A stretch of 62,030 nucleotides of DNA, counting the filler, from Candidatus Coatesbacteria bacterium (GTDB lineage Bacteria; JAFGND01), in NCBI GenBank assembly GCA_016927185.1. It is 4 parts of 4 records of this genome, joined end to end, with 100 filler letters (N's around TTAATTAATTAA, not from the genome) between each part and the next. Parts side by side here need not be neighbours in the genome. Positions count along the whole stretch, not along the records: positions 1 to 10,329 come from JAFGND010000109.1; 3 more parts are not named here. One strand, written 5' to 3'. Shown here piece by piece: positions 1 through 9,178 of this stretch (the stretch's first letter is position 1; each line of letters opens with the position of its first letter). Under the pieces are notes generated by a model. It did not search any database and was not told the DNA's origin. It saw only the letters and a list, made by a program, of their open reading frames with translations. The translations under genes were made by a program, and so were the position numbers.

Positions 1-237
1 CCATGCAGAAATCAGATACTCAATATACGCTATGCACTTCCCAAGAACACGAAAGTAAGCATGAAGGTAAGAAACCTTCTCGGGCAGACAGTTGCAGTAC
101 TCATGGAATCAGAAACTCACAAATCAGGCAATTACATGGTACACTGGATCCCAATGAATTACTCATCAGGTGTTTATATTGTTGAAATCACAACAAACGA
201 AAAGACAATTACAAAATCAATTTTGATTTTGCGTTAG
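1..237 (+). CDS. 3' end of a secreted protein: T9SS type-A-like C-terminal sorting domain (5' partial; missed by ORF track)
   Basis: Frame +1 is open from base 1: PCRNQILNIRYALPKNTKVSMKVRNLLGQTVAVLMESE...SSGVYIVEITTNEKTITKSILILR, TAG at 235-237. About 48/78 aa identical to the C-terminus ending at 2209. Confidence 0.85.
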   Translation, partial: PCRNQILNIRYALPKNTKVSMKVRNLLGQTVAVLMESETHKSGNYMVHWIPMNYSSGVYIVEITTNEKTITKSILILR

Positions 238-258
238 TCATTGACATAGTATTTAACG

Positions 259-286
259 AAAGGCGGTCTTAAAACCGCCTTTTTTT
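259..286 (+). terminator. Rho-independent terminator
   Basis: AAAGGCGGT-cttaaa-ACCGCCTTT stem followed by a T run, just after the stop at 237. Confidence 0.85.
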
Positions 287-391
287 CTGTTTATCGACCT
301 TGAAATAATCATTCAAGATGATTCAACAAAAAAGATCTTGACTAAAAAAACGAAAAATTTTCAATATACAATATATTTGAAAGGAGGTAAT

Positions 392-2209
392 ATGAAATTA
401 ATTGCATCGATTTTTTTAATTCTTTATCTTTTCAATCCACTGTTAGCAAGAGAATGGACATTGCAGGAAACAAAGAATAATATCAGCAAAAATGGTAACA
501 CTTGGATTGCAGATGAGACTTTTTTCTCGAGACTTCCAAAAGAAGTGAAAAAACTGTTTTTCTATAAGGATGAAGCCTTGCTGAAACTTGACAGCACGAT
601 ACCTGTCCATGCCAATAAAGGATTAAAAGCACCAGATCATATTGATTACAGGAATTTCGATGGTAAGAATTACATGACACCAGTAAAAGACTTTGGACAT
701 GGCTGAACATCCTCAAGTGTTTTTGCTCTACTGGCTTCAGTAGAAACGGATATCAAACTATTTTACAATTTAAGTGAGATAAAACCAGATTTATCAGAAC
801 AGTATTTTCATAGCTGTTTATCACAAAATGATAAAAATTTGTCTCTTGATAGTCTTGCTCATCTAATGATGAATAATGGAGTGACATGGGAATCCTGCTG
901 GCCATACGAATGCAGGAATGCCAATTGCAATGAAAGATGTACTGATTGGGATTTTGTCCAGCAGAAAATTCAGTCTTATACAAGAATACCTTATGGAGAA
1001 GTAGAAATGAGACGCAATGCATTAGCTAACAAAGAAGGGATTTTGATTTCTCCGATGAAAATCTATGGTGATTTTCAGTATTACAGAGGTGGAGTTTATG
1101 AATGTGATGAGAATTCTGGATATCAAGGAATGACAGTAGTAAATGTAATTGGATATGATATTCCAGAGAATTACTGGATAGTAAGAAATGTCTGGGGAAC
1201 AGGCTGGGGTGAACAAGGTTATATGAGAGTAAGACATGGAGGTGCTGATGAGGTTGGAATGTATGAATGTTTTTATGTAGCTGTCCTTGAAATTGCCAAT
1301 CATCTATGGTATCTGGAACCTAAGGGAGGTCACTATTATTAATATGGGAGAGAAATAGAAATAAAGTGGAATAGTCTAGGGATAGATAAAATTAACATAT
1401 TTTATTCTACTGATAAAGGAACTAGCTGGACAACTATTGCATCAAATGTTGATGCAAGTTCCCAGGAATATAGTTGGTATCTGCCTGCTACACCAGCGAA
1501 GATCAAGATAAAGCTCGCTGATACTCAACATACAAGGGAAGGTAAGTGTGCTATAGCGGCAGCAATGACTGAAGGGGAATTCACTGTAGGTCCTGAAAGA
1601 ACAGTAACAATGACTTATCCAAATGGTGGAGAGACATTCTATAATGGAGAAAAATATTATCTTACATGGGATTGTACTGATAATGTTAGCACCATAAATA
1701 TTTATGGTTCTACAGATAATGGTTTGACCTGGCTTCCTGACAGAATAGCTTCTTCTGAAGATGCAAGCAAGAAAACATATTTATGGACTGTTGATACAAG
1801 CAAATTTCCAGAAACAACTCAGGGTAGAATGAAGATAACAGATATTGAATTTGAAGAGGATATCTTTGATATTGATGATGGAGTTTTTACAGTGTCAAAC
1901 GATATGAATTTCAAGGAACAAAAAACAAAACTGCCAATTCCGAAAGAGACTGGCCTCTGGATAAATCCAAATCCATGCAGAAACAGGATTATGAAAATTG
2001 AATATGCACTTCCATCTTCATCAAAAATAAGCCTGAAAGTAAGAAATCTTATAGGTCAAACTGTTGCAGTATTAATGGATTCTGAATTCCAGATAAAAGG
2101 TAATCACAGGATAAATTGGGTTCCTGTCAATTTATCTTCAGGCATTTTTATTGTAGAATTGACAACAGAGGGAAAAACGATCTTTAAACCTATTTTAATA
2201 TTGAAATAG
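392..2209 (+). CDS. Secreted papain-fold (peptidase C1A-like) protein with two Ig-like repeats and T9SS-like CTD; interrupted by in-frame TGA (704-706, possible Sec) and TAA (1340-1342); recoded gene or pseudogene
   Basis: SD AAGGAGGT at 381-388, ATG at 392, signal peptide. ORFs 338-706, 839-1342 and 1565-2209 share one frame, and the stretches between them are open. C1A motifs PDHIDYRN, TPVKD, DLSEQY, WPY, FQYYRGGVY, YWIVRNVWGTGWGEQGY; PxGG...W Ig-like repeats; NPNP...SSGIFIV CTD. Confidence 0.8.
707..751 (+). promoter_or_regulatory. Candidate bacterial SECIS-like stem-loop directly 3' of the in-frame UGA
   Basis: Perfect 7-bp stem TCTACTG(727-733)/CAGTAGA(738-744) with GCTT loop starting with G, 27 nt after the TGA. 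Possible lower pairings GTT/AAC and ATCC(709-712)/GGAT(748-751). Confidence 0.45.
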
Positions 2210-2210
2210 T

Positions 2211-2241
2211 AAAAAAAGCCACTTCTTAGGTGGCTTTTTTT
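2211..2241. terminator. Bidirectional intrinsic terminator between convergent genes
   Basis: AAAAAAAGCCAC-ttcttag-GTGGCTTTTTTT. Confidence 0.85.
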
Positions 2242-2261
2242 ATTCATTTTATCTGCTATTT

Positions 2262-3071
2262 CTATTGATACTCGTCTTTTTCTTTCTCCTTATCGTTATC
2301 TTTGTCATCACTGTCCCCAATTCTAATAGCAGTTACTTCACCTATTTTTCTTCTTATTTGCATATATTTATGCCTGTAGTTTAAATTGTCTGGATAAAGA
2401 CGAGTCAATGTTTTGAAAATTCCTTTAGCTAAATCATATTTACCTATTCTGGCTAGAATATCACCTTTCCAGTATAGGTATTGTTCATTTTCTGGTTCAT
2501 CCTGGAGTTTTTTCTCCACTGCCTTCAGGAATTCTTCCATTATCTCTTTTGCTCTTGCAGTTCGTTTTGTTTTTATGTACAATACGCACAAAGAATACAT
2601 TGCTTTTGCATTATCTGGTTCATAAGTTAATACTTCTTTGTATTCTCCAATCGCTTCATCAGCTTTTCCAGTTTTTTCGTAATTAAATGCAAGACCCATA
2701 TGTGCAAGAACGTAACCAGGTCTGATTTTAATACTCCTCTTGAAGGATTTCTCTGCCTCGCTAAATTCATTGTTTTTTACATGCAGCCAACCTATTTCAA
2801 GGAATATTGTTGCATCATGGTCATTCATGTAAACCGGATCATCATAACGATTGTTGGAAAGAGCTTTGTAATACTCTTTTATCGCTTCTGCGTATTTCTT
2901 TTCAGCAGCTAATTTTTTCGCATTCGTTTCTGCCTTATCTCTTTCCTCATCGTTATAAAACCAGGCTGAACCAGAAGGATCTTTCTTTGTATCTCCTTCT
3001 TCAGAAAAGAGAGGTTTAGCTAAAAGGAAAGCAGCTAAAACTAGTATTACTGTAAGTTTTTTCGCTAGCAT
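2262..3071 (-). CDS. Exported tetratricopeptide-repeat protein
   Basis: Signal peptide; TPR-like helices (AHMGLAFNYEKTGKADEAIGEYKEVLTYEPDN); SD GGAGG upstream. Confidence 0.85.
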   Translation of the reverse strand: MLAKKLTVILVLAAFLLAKPLFSEEGDTKKDPSGSAWFYNDEERDKAETNAKKLAAEKKYAEAIKEYYKALSNNRYDDPVYMNDHDATIFLEIGWLHVKNNEFSEAEKSFKRSIKIRPGYVLAHMGLAFNYEKTGKADEAIGEYKEVLTYEPDNAKAMYSLCVLYIKTKRTARAKEIMEEFLKAVEKKLQDEPENEQYLYWKGDILARIGKYDLAKGIFKTLTRLYPDNLNYRHKYMQIRRKIGEVTAIRIGDSDDKDNDKEKEKDEYQ

Positions 3072-3085
3072 ATTTCCTCCATTTT

Positions 3086-4735
3086 TTATTCATCTGTGCT
3101 TGTATCTGTTTCATCAGGCTGTAAATCCAATTCACTTAGATTTAAAACCTTAAACTCAATTCTTCTGTTTTGTGAACGTCCATATTCTGTCATATTATCT
3201 GCTATTGGTTGACTTGCACCATATCCAACTGCATTAATTCTGTTTTCCTCAATTCCACCTTTATCTAACAAATATTGACGGACAGATTCTGCACGTTTCT
3301 GACTTAGAATTTGATTATGTGTAACCCCACCTAAATTATCAGTATGCCCAGCAATTTCTACTCTCATTTTGGGATAGGCTTTCATTGTCTTGATAGCTTC
3401 GTCAAGATCCTGGTAAGCATTTTGCTGAATATCCCATGAATTGCTTGGGAAAGTTACATTACGTAAAATAATGACAGCTTTGACCTTAGGTCTTTTCACT
3501 ACAACTTTGACAACTGGTTTCTCATCAGGACATCCGTCATCATCCTGGTAGCTATTAACTGTCTCGGGTGAATTTGGGCACTTGTCTTTAGTATCAGGGA
3601 TGCCATCTTTATCATTATCAACGTCAGGACATCCATCCTCATCTTCAAATCCATCATAATCTTCTGGTTCATCAGGACACTTATCTTTGTTATCCTGGAT
3701 TTTATCATGATCCCTGTCTGGAGGTATTAAAGCTGATGCAAAAGATAATCCCAAGGCAAATCCGACACTTGGAAACAATCTGTTTCTTGTTCCAAAAGCC
3801 TTGTCTGCTTCTGAGGAACCCCATTTCCAGTCAGCCGGTAATGAAGCCATTCCCTTGGCATCTAAATCCTCTCCCAAGCCAAAATTTGCCAGCAAAGTCA
3901 TTGAAAAACCAACTGGAGTTGTCAATCTTACCCCTGGAGAAATATAATGTGGGGAGTTTGTTGGTTTAATATTTTCATTTCCCAGATATGGAGCCCAGTA
4001 CCATTCAAGCATACCTGTTACCCATTGAGTTGGAAATTCAATCCCGATACCAAATGGTAATTGGTGTGCTGAAGGATATACTTCTTTGTTATGCATCTGA
4101 TAACCTACGTTAGCATGAAACCTGAATGGGGCATCAGGAGCTTCTTTTATCAAATCAAGTGTGAATAAGGCAGAAACTCCAAACATGACCTTGTCTTCAG
4201 TGCGTGGACGCAAACGGTAGGGATCTGTATTCTTACCAGTTGGTATAGTCAGTTTGGTTTGCAAGGCAACATTCCATATTGGATCATGTCGTCCTGGATA
4301 TCCACACTTAAGATACCAATCCAGATCCCCAACTCCGTTATTTGTTGGAGGTTGAACATCATATCTGTCAACCAGATCTTCCAGATCATACTTGTCTATA
4401 TACCATACATTATGCATACTAGTTTCAAGATAATCTAGTATAGAGTAGCAAATAGTACTGTTTACAGTCGCATCAATAATCATGTCTTTTACTGGTTGTT
4501 TTTCAAAACTGTTATTGAACTTTGCAAATGTAAAATTTTTCATAGTACCATAAGTACCCCAGAAAGCAAATCCCAGCCTTGTTCTTCCCATGGTGTCTGC
4601 TGCTATAATGTTATAAAGACCATTTACTCCAAATGGTGTTGGATTATTTGAAACACCTTCTCCAACACTGCTTGCAAATGCACTAGATATCACAGCAAGG
4701 ATTGTGATTAAGAAAAACATTTTTGAAGTCCGCAT
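3086..4735 (-). CDS. OmpA-family outer membrane protein with thrombospondin type-3-like Ca-binding repeats
   Basis: Signal peptide, barrel-like N-terminal region, DxDxDG/DKCP repeats, OmpA_C motifs VEIAGHTD, LSQKRAESV, NRRIEF; start moved to ATG 4735 after SD AAGGGGGT. Confidence 0.9.
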   Translation of the reverse strand: MRTSKMFFLITILAVISSAFASSVGEGVSNNPTPFGVNGLYNIIAADTMGRTRLGFAFWGTYGTMKNFTFAKFNNSFEKQPVKDMIIDATVNSTICYSILDYLETSMHNVWYIDKYDLEDLVDRYDVQPPTNNGVGDLDWYLKCGYPGRHDPIWNVALQTKLTIPTGKNTDPYRLRPRTEDKVMFGVSALFTLDLIKEAPDAPFRFHANVGYQMHNKEVYPSAHQLPFGIGIEFPTQWVTGMLEWYWAPYLGNENIKPTNSPHYISPGVRLTTPVGFSMTLLANFGLGEDLDAKGMASLPADWKWGSSEADKAFGTRNRLFPSVGFALGLSFASALIPPDRDHDKIQDNKDKCPDEPEDYDGFEDEDGCPDVDNDKDGIPDTKDKCPNSPETVNSYQDDDGCPDEKPVVKVVVKRPKVKAVIILRNVTFPSNSWDIQQNAYQDLDEAIKTMKAYPKMRVEIAGHTDNLGGVTHNQILSQKRAESVRQYLLDKGGIEENRINAVGYGASQPIADNMTEYGRSQNRRIEFKVLNLSELDLQPDETDTSTDE

Positions 4736-4757
4736 TACATACCCCCTTGAAGTCAAT

Positions 4758-4832
4758 TGCCCCCAGCGGGATTTGAACCCGCGTCGCAGGCGTGAAAGGC
4801 CTGTGTCCTAGACCAGGCTAGACGATGGGGAC
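4758..4832 (-). tRNA. tRNA-Glu (TTC)
   Basis: GTCCCCA/TGGGGGC acceptor stem, anticodon arm CAGGC-CTTTCAC-GCCTG, GGTTCAAATCC T-arm; CCA not encoded. Confidence 0.95.
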
Positions 4833-4837
4833 ATTTT

Positions 4838-5332
4838 TCATTTTATATATACTTTTGAAATGTCTATCGTATCTAAAATTGCTTTATTCAGCATAACATA
4901 AGTAGACAAATTTTCATTTGATTTTCTTATTCTGTCACACAATATCTCTCCAAGTGACAAAAGTATCTTGCAAGCTATTGCAGGTTCTTTTGTCATCAAT
5001 TCAGTAAAGTCATGTCGAAATAAAACATAAAGTTCAGTCTTTCTTAGCGTTTTTGCTGCTGCAGATCTTGCTCCTTCATCAAGAAGAGCTATTTCTCCGA
5101 AAAACATTCCATCTCCAAATTCACTCAGTATAATCTCATCATTCTCGATTTTTTTTGAGATTTGAATATGTCCTTTCTTAATAATATAGATAGAATCTCC
5201 TTTTGAACCTTCATCAAAGACTATCTGATCTGGAGGATACTCATTAAGTTTGAAATAAGCAGTTATTTTTTCGATTTCCTCATCAGTTAGATATTTAAGT
5301 AAATCCAGGTTCTGATTTAATACTCTCTCCAT
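4838..5332 (-). CDS. Cyclic nucleotide-binding domain protein
   Basis: EGSKGDSIYII, FFGEIALL...RSAAA motifs. Confidence 0.9.
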   Translation of the reverse strand: MERVLNQNLDLLKYLTDEEIEKITAYFKLNEYPPDQIVFDEGSKGDSIYIIKKGHIQISKKIENDEIILSEFGDGMFFGEIALLDEGARSAAAKTLRKTELYVLFRHDFTELMTKEPAIACKILLSLGEILCDRIRKSNENLSTYVMLNKAILDTIDISKVYIK

Positions 5333-5364
5333 ATATACTCCTTAAGGTACAATTAATAAGCCTA

Positions 5365-5437
5365 TGAGCCAGGATGGACTCGAACCATCGACCCTCTGCT
5401 TAAAAGGCAGATGCTCTGCCACCTGAGCTACTGGCCC
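5365..5437 (-). tRNA. tRNA-Lys (TTT)
   Basis: GGGCCAG/CTGGCTC acceptor stem, anticodon arm TCTGC-CTTTTAA-GCAGA, GGTTCGAGTCC T-arm; CCA not encoded. Confidence 0.95.
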
Positions 5438-5554
5438 TCATATTACGTTTGAAAAAAGCTTATAATATAGCATTTCTGTCAAGGTATTTATTAAAATACA
5501 ATTTGCTATTTAATTCAAGTCAATTAGACATAAAATAAGTTTTAATCAATTAGC

Positions 5555-5583
5555 TTGACTATAAACGAAAAAATAAGTATTCT
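5555..5583 (+). promoter_or_regulatory. Sigma70-type promoter for rsmE (probably leaderless transcript)
   Basis: TTGACT-17 nt-TATTCT, with the ATG 6 nt after the -10 box and no SD. Confidence 0.55.
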
Positions 5584-5589
5584 TTCTCA

Positions 5590-6285
5590 ATGCAAAGAAA
5601 TGACTTACCACACTTATTTCTATCAGAAAAAACTGGAAATATTGTATATCTTAATGAGAATGAAACAAAACATATTAGGGTTTTAAGATTGAGAAATAAT
5701 GATTTAATTTTCTGTATTGATGGCAAGGGCTATAAGTATCTGGTAAGAATACTTGAAACAGGAAAGAGCTATACAAGGGGAGAGATAATTGAGGAGCATT
5801 TTGCAAAATCCTCTTCAAGAATGTTAACATTAGGATTTAGTCCTCCATCACTTAACAGAACCACCTGGTTGATAGAAAAATCCATTGAGATTGGGATAGA
5901 TTTTTTTCAACCGATTTTTTTTGAAAGATCCTTGACCAGAAATTTTCCTTCACTTGAAAAGTATGAAAGTAAAATGAGGGAATGTCTCAAGCAATGCAGG
6001 AGAGCATATATGCCTGTAATTCTTCCAGTCAAAAAGTTTCATCATTTCTTTCCAGTAGGTTATGATTATATACTGTTTGCTTCAATACATGGTGAAAAAC
6101 TACCTGAAATAGAAGGAAATAATATCCTGTTACTTGTCGGGCCAGAAGGGGACTTTACTGATAAAGAATTGCAGCAAATTAATGATTTTCCTAATTCATT
6201 TGCAGTAAAATTAAGTGAAAACAGGCTCAGGCTTGAAACTGCATGTATTTCTTTGCTTTCAAACGTGAAAGCACAATTTGCTTGA
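5590..6285 (+). CDS. rsmE: 16S rRNA m3U1498 methyltransferase
   Basis: HIRVLRL, EKSIEIG, QCRR, LVGPEGDFT, LRLETA motifs. Confidence 0.9.
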   Translation: MQRNDLPHLFLSEKTGNIVYLNENETKHIRVLRLRNNDLIFCIDGKGYKYLVRILETGKSYTRGEIIEEHFAKSSSRMLTLGFSPPSLNRTTWLIEKSIEIGIDFFQPIFFERSLTRNFPSLEKYESKMRECLKQCRRAYMPVILPVKKFHHFFPVGYDYILFASIHGEKLPEIEGNNILLLVGPEGDFTDKELQQINDFPNSFAVKLSENRLRLETACISLLSNVKAQFA

Positions 6286-6286
6286 T

Positions 6287-7117
6287 TCATGGTTTCCTGC
6301 AGGAAGTGAACCTGTCTCTTTCAGCCATATCTTTGTATGAAGTTATTTGTATAAAGCCATTCATATTCAAGATGTTCCTGCATTTCTCAGCTTGATTATC
6401 TCCATGTTCATAACACAAGAACCCCTTGTTTTTTAATTTCGTAAATGATATAGTAGCTATAGTTTTGATAAAATCAAGTCCATCTTTGCCAGAAAAAAGG
6501 GAAAGATTAGGATCATAATATCTTACTTCATCAGGCAAATTACACTTATCAGAAATCGGTATATAAGGAGGATTGCACAGAATTGCTGAAAATGAATTAT
6601 CCTTGAAACAAGAAAGCCCGTTTCCTCTTATTATATCAATACTTATATTGTTCATACGTGCATTTCTTTGGGCTAGTTTTATTGCCTTTTTTGAAATATC
6701 AAGAAGAATTACAACAAGATCTTCTTTTTCCTTTTTTATTGACAAGCCGATAGGTCCTGAACCACAACAGAGATCCAGAATAATGTTTGAAGGCAAGTCA
6801 TTAGGTATTAAATCAATCATCATTTCAGTTTCCATTCTTGGAATAAAAACACCTCTCTGTGTCTTCAGGTTTATTTTTCTAAATGGATATTGACCTAATA
6901 ATAATTGAAGTGGTTTTCCCCCCAGCCTCTTTTCAACAATAGCTTCTATTCTTCTTATCTGTGTTTGATTTAATGAAAGATCAGAAATATCGTTTTTTCC
7001 AAGCACTTGTTGAAAAATCCATAAAGCTTCATGTTCCAATGACTTACCAAGAATAGCCTTTATCTGTATCAGGAATTCCGTTGCTTTTATGTAAGAAGAT
7101 TTTTTTCTGGATGTCAT
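6287..7117 (-). CDS. prmC: Release factor glutamine methyltransferase
   Basis: VFIPRMETE, LDLCCGSG, NPPY, GKDGL, EHG..Q motifs. Confidence 0.9.
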   Translation of the reverse strand: MTSRKKSSYIKATEFLIQIKAILGKSLEHEALWIFQQVLGKNDISDLSLNQTQIRRIEAIVEKRLGGKPLQLLLGQYPFRKINLKTQRGVFIPRMETEMMIDLIPNDLPSNIILDLCCGSGPIGLSIKKEKEDLVVILLDISKKAIKLAQRNARMNNISIDIIRGNGLSCFKDNSFSAILCNPPYIPISDKCNLPDEVRYYDPNLSLFSGKDGLDFIKTIATISFTKLKNKGFLCYEHGDNQAEKCRNILNMNGFIQITSYKDMAERDRFTSCRKP

Positions 7118-7277
7118 TTTTTTTTCTCATGTCATTCAAGAAGGTATATTTTTTTCTGACAATATTATTTTTTTATCTATACGCTTAACGTTATGTAATA
7201 CATGAAATTAAGAGGAAGATATTATTAAAAATGGAAAAAATTTATACTGTTAATGGAAAAAAAATTGATTTCAGCTC

Positions 7278-7305
7278 TTGACAAATATAAGAAAGTTATT
7301 ATATT
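7278..7305 (+). promoter_or_regulatory. Putative sigma70 promoter of rpoD
   Basis: TTGACA-16 nt-TATATT upstream of SD GGAGG and ATG 7376. Confidence 0.45.
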
Positions 7306-7375
7306 TAAAACAATGTATTTCGGATTTTTTCAAAGACTTATTTCATTTACAAGATCATAAATTATCTGGAGGAAT

Positions 7376-9139
7376 ATGGAAACAAAGGATCAGTTAATCG
7401 ATGAGCTCATAAAAGTAGGAAAAAGCAAGGGATATCTATCTTACTCGACAATCTCAGCATCAATAGGAAAAGAAAATCTTACATCAGAAGAAATAGATGA
7501 TATAATTCTGATACTTGAGGGTTTCAATATAAAGATCATTAATGAAGATAATATAACAGCTAATGATAAAATCCGGCTTATCGGGCTTGATAAAAGCATT
7601 TCAGATGCAAATGTCAAATATGATGATACTGTAAGAATGTATTTGAAGGAGATGGGAAGAGTCCCTCTATTAACTCGTGAAGGTGAGATTTCAATAGCAA
7701 AGAAAATTGAAAGAGCGACAAGAGAAATATGCAAGTATGTATTCTATTCAGCAAGTTCAGTTAAGACACTTGTTTCCCTTGGACAGAAGCTTGAAAGAAA
7801 AAAGCTTAAACTAGATCAGCTAATTCAGGTTGATTCATCTGCATGGGAACCTGGTTATACTGGACAGAAAGAAACTGAGTTTGTATTGAACGTAGTAAAA
7901 CGTATAAAACAGCTTAATGATGATCTTGATGATTTCTCATTTCATGGAAAGCAGATAAGCGAAGAGGAAAAAGCAGATATAAGGCAGAAGCTTCGCCAGA
8001 AGAAGGAAGAAATGGTCAATCTGGTTGGCAAGCTTTCTCTTCATCCACGGCAGATTGACAGGCTGGTTGATAAATTGAGGCGACTTGTGGAAAGAATTCG
8101 CGATACAATGGAAGAGATAAATATTCATGAGCGTGAAATTGGTCTTTCAAGCAAGGAAATCAATACTTATGCGAGAAAGATAATCAACAATCCATCTTCC
8201 AGAAAAGAAATAGAAGACGAACTTCAGATAAATGTAAATCACATAATTGATATAGCAAGAAAGCTCAAGAATTTCAGGCGCAAGATAAGGCGTGTTGAAC
8301 TTGAAGCCAAACTTTCAAAGAATAATCTTTTCCAGATACTCGAGCATATAGAGCGCTGGAATAATGAAAGAAACAAGGCAAAGCAGGAAATGATTGAGGC
8401 AAATGTAAGGCTTGTTATTGCTATTGCAAAACGCTATAACAAGAGAAAGCTTGAATTCCTGGATCTTATTCAGGAAGGAAATGCTGGTCTGATGCGTGCA
8501 GTTGAGAAATTTGATTACAGACGCGGTTATAAATTCAGTACTTATGCAACCTGGTGGATAAGGCAGAGCATAACCAAGGCAATTGCTGATCAGGCAAGAA
8601 CTATCCGTGTTCCTATTCATATGATTGAGGCTATCAATAAAGTCATTCGCGTTCGTGCAAGGCTTACACAAGAATATGGAAAGGAGCCGTCACCCGAGGA
8701 TATTGCAGAGAAACTTGATATGCCTCTGGAGAAAGTAAAAACCATAATGAAGATAGCACAGGATCCAATTTCCCTGGAAGAGAAAGTAGGGGAGGATGGA
8801 GATGTTGATTTTGGTGATTTCATACCTGACAAGAAAGCATTATCCCCTGCAAAGAATGCAATAAAGCAGATGTTGAGGGAAGTCTTGAATGATACTCTCT
8901 GCACATTGACTCCACGAGAACAGAAAGTAATAAGATTGAGATACGGTCTTGATGATGGTTGTGAAAAAACGCTTGAGGAAGTCGGTAGCTTGTTCAATGT
9001 TACGCGTGAACGTATCAGACAGATTGAAGCAAAAGCGCTCTCGAAACTCCGTCATCCAAGCAAGATAAAGCTTCTTGAAGACTTGATTCATAACATGAAT
9101 ATTCTCAAAGATACTAATGAAGTGAACAAGATTTATTAA
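7376..9139 (+). CDS. rpoD: RNA polymerase primary sigma factor with non-conserved region
   Basis: Region 1.1; [45 protein letters not shown]. Confidence 0.97.
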   Translation: METKDQLIDELIKVGKSKGYLSYSTISASIGKENLTSEEIDDIILILEGFNIKIINEDNITANDKIRLIGLDKSISDANVKYDDTVRMYLKEMGRVPLLTREGEISIAKKIERATREICKYVFYSASSVKTLVSLGQKLERKKLKLDQLIQVDSSAWEPGYTGQKETEFVLNVVKRIKQLNDDLDDFSFHGKQISEEEKADIRQKLRQKKEEMVNLVGKLSLHPRQIDRLVDKLRRLVERIRDTMEEINIHEREIGLSSKEINTYARKIINNPSSRKEIEDELQINVNHIIDIARKLKNFRRKIRRVELEAKLSKNNLFQILEHIERWNNERNKAKQEMIEANVRLVIAIAKRYNKRKLEFLDLIQEGNAGLMRAVEKFDYRRGYKFSTYATWWIRQSITKAIADQARTIRVPIHMIEAINKVIRVRARLTQEYGKEPSPEDIAEKLDMPLEKVKTIMKIAQDPISLEEKVGEDGDVDFGDFIPDKKALSPAKNAIKQMLREVLNDTLCTLTPREQKVIRLRYGLDDGCEKTLEEVGSLFNVTRERIRQIEAKALSKLRHPSKIKLLEDLIHNMNILKDTNEVNKIY

Positions 9140-9148
9140 TGAATTGCC

Positions 9149-9171
9149 GGCACTGACATTAATTCAGTGCC
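9149..9171. terminator. Hairpin between convergent rpoD and PQQ-repeat gene
   Basis: GGCACTGA-cattaat-TCAGTGCC; U-tract is weak. Confidence 0.55.
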
Positions 9172-9178
9172 AGTTGTT

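Noticed and set aside
3-185. 60-aa ORF in the track
   Set aside because: Wrong frame; frame +1 (1-237) encodes the recognisable sorting domain.
704-706. Genome-wide UGA reassignment (code 4 or 25)
   Set aside because: Conserved genes (accC, glgA, aconitase, rsmE, prmC) end at TGA at their expected C-termini, and long genes contain no internal TGA.
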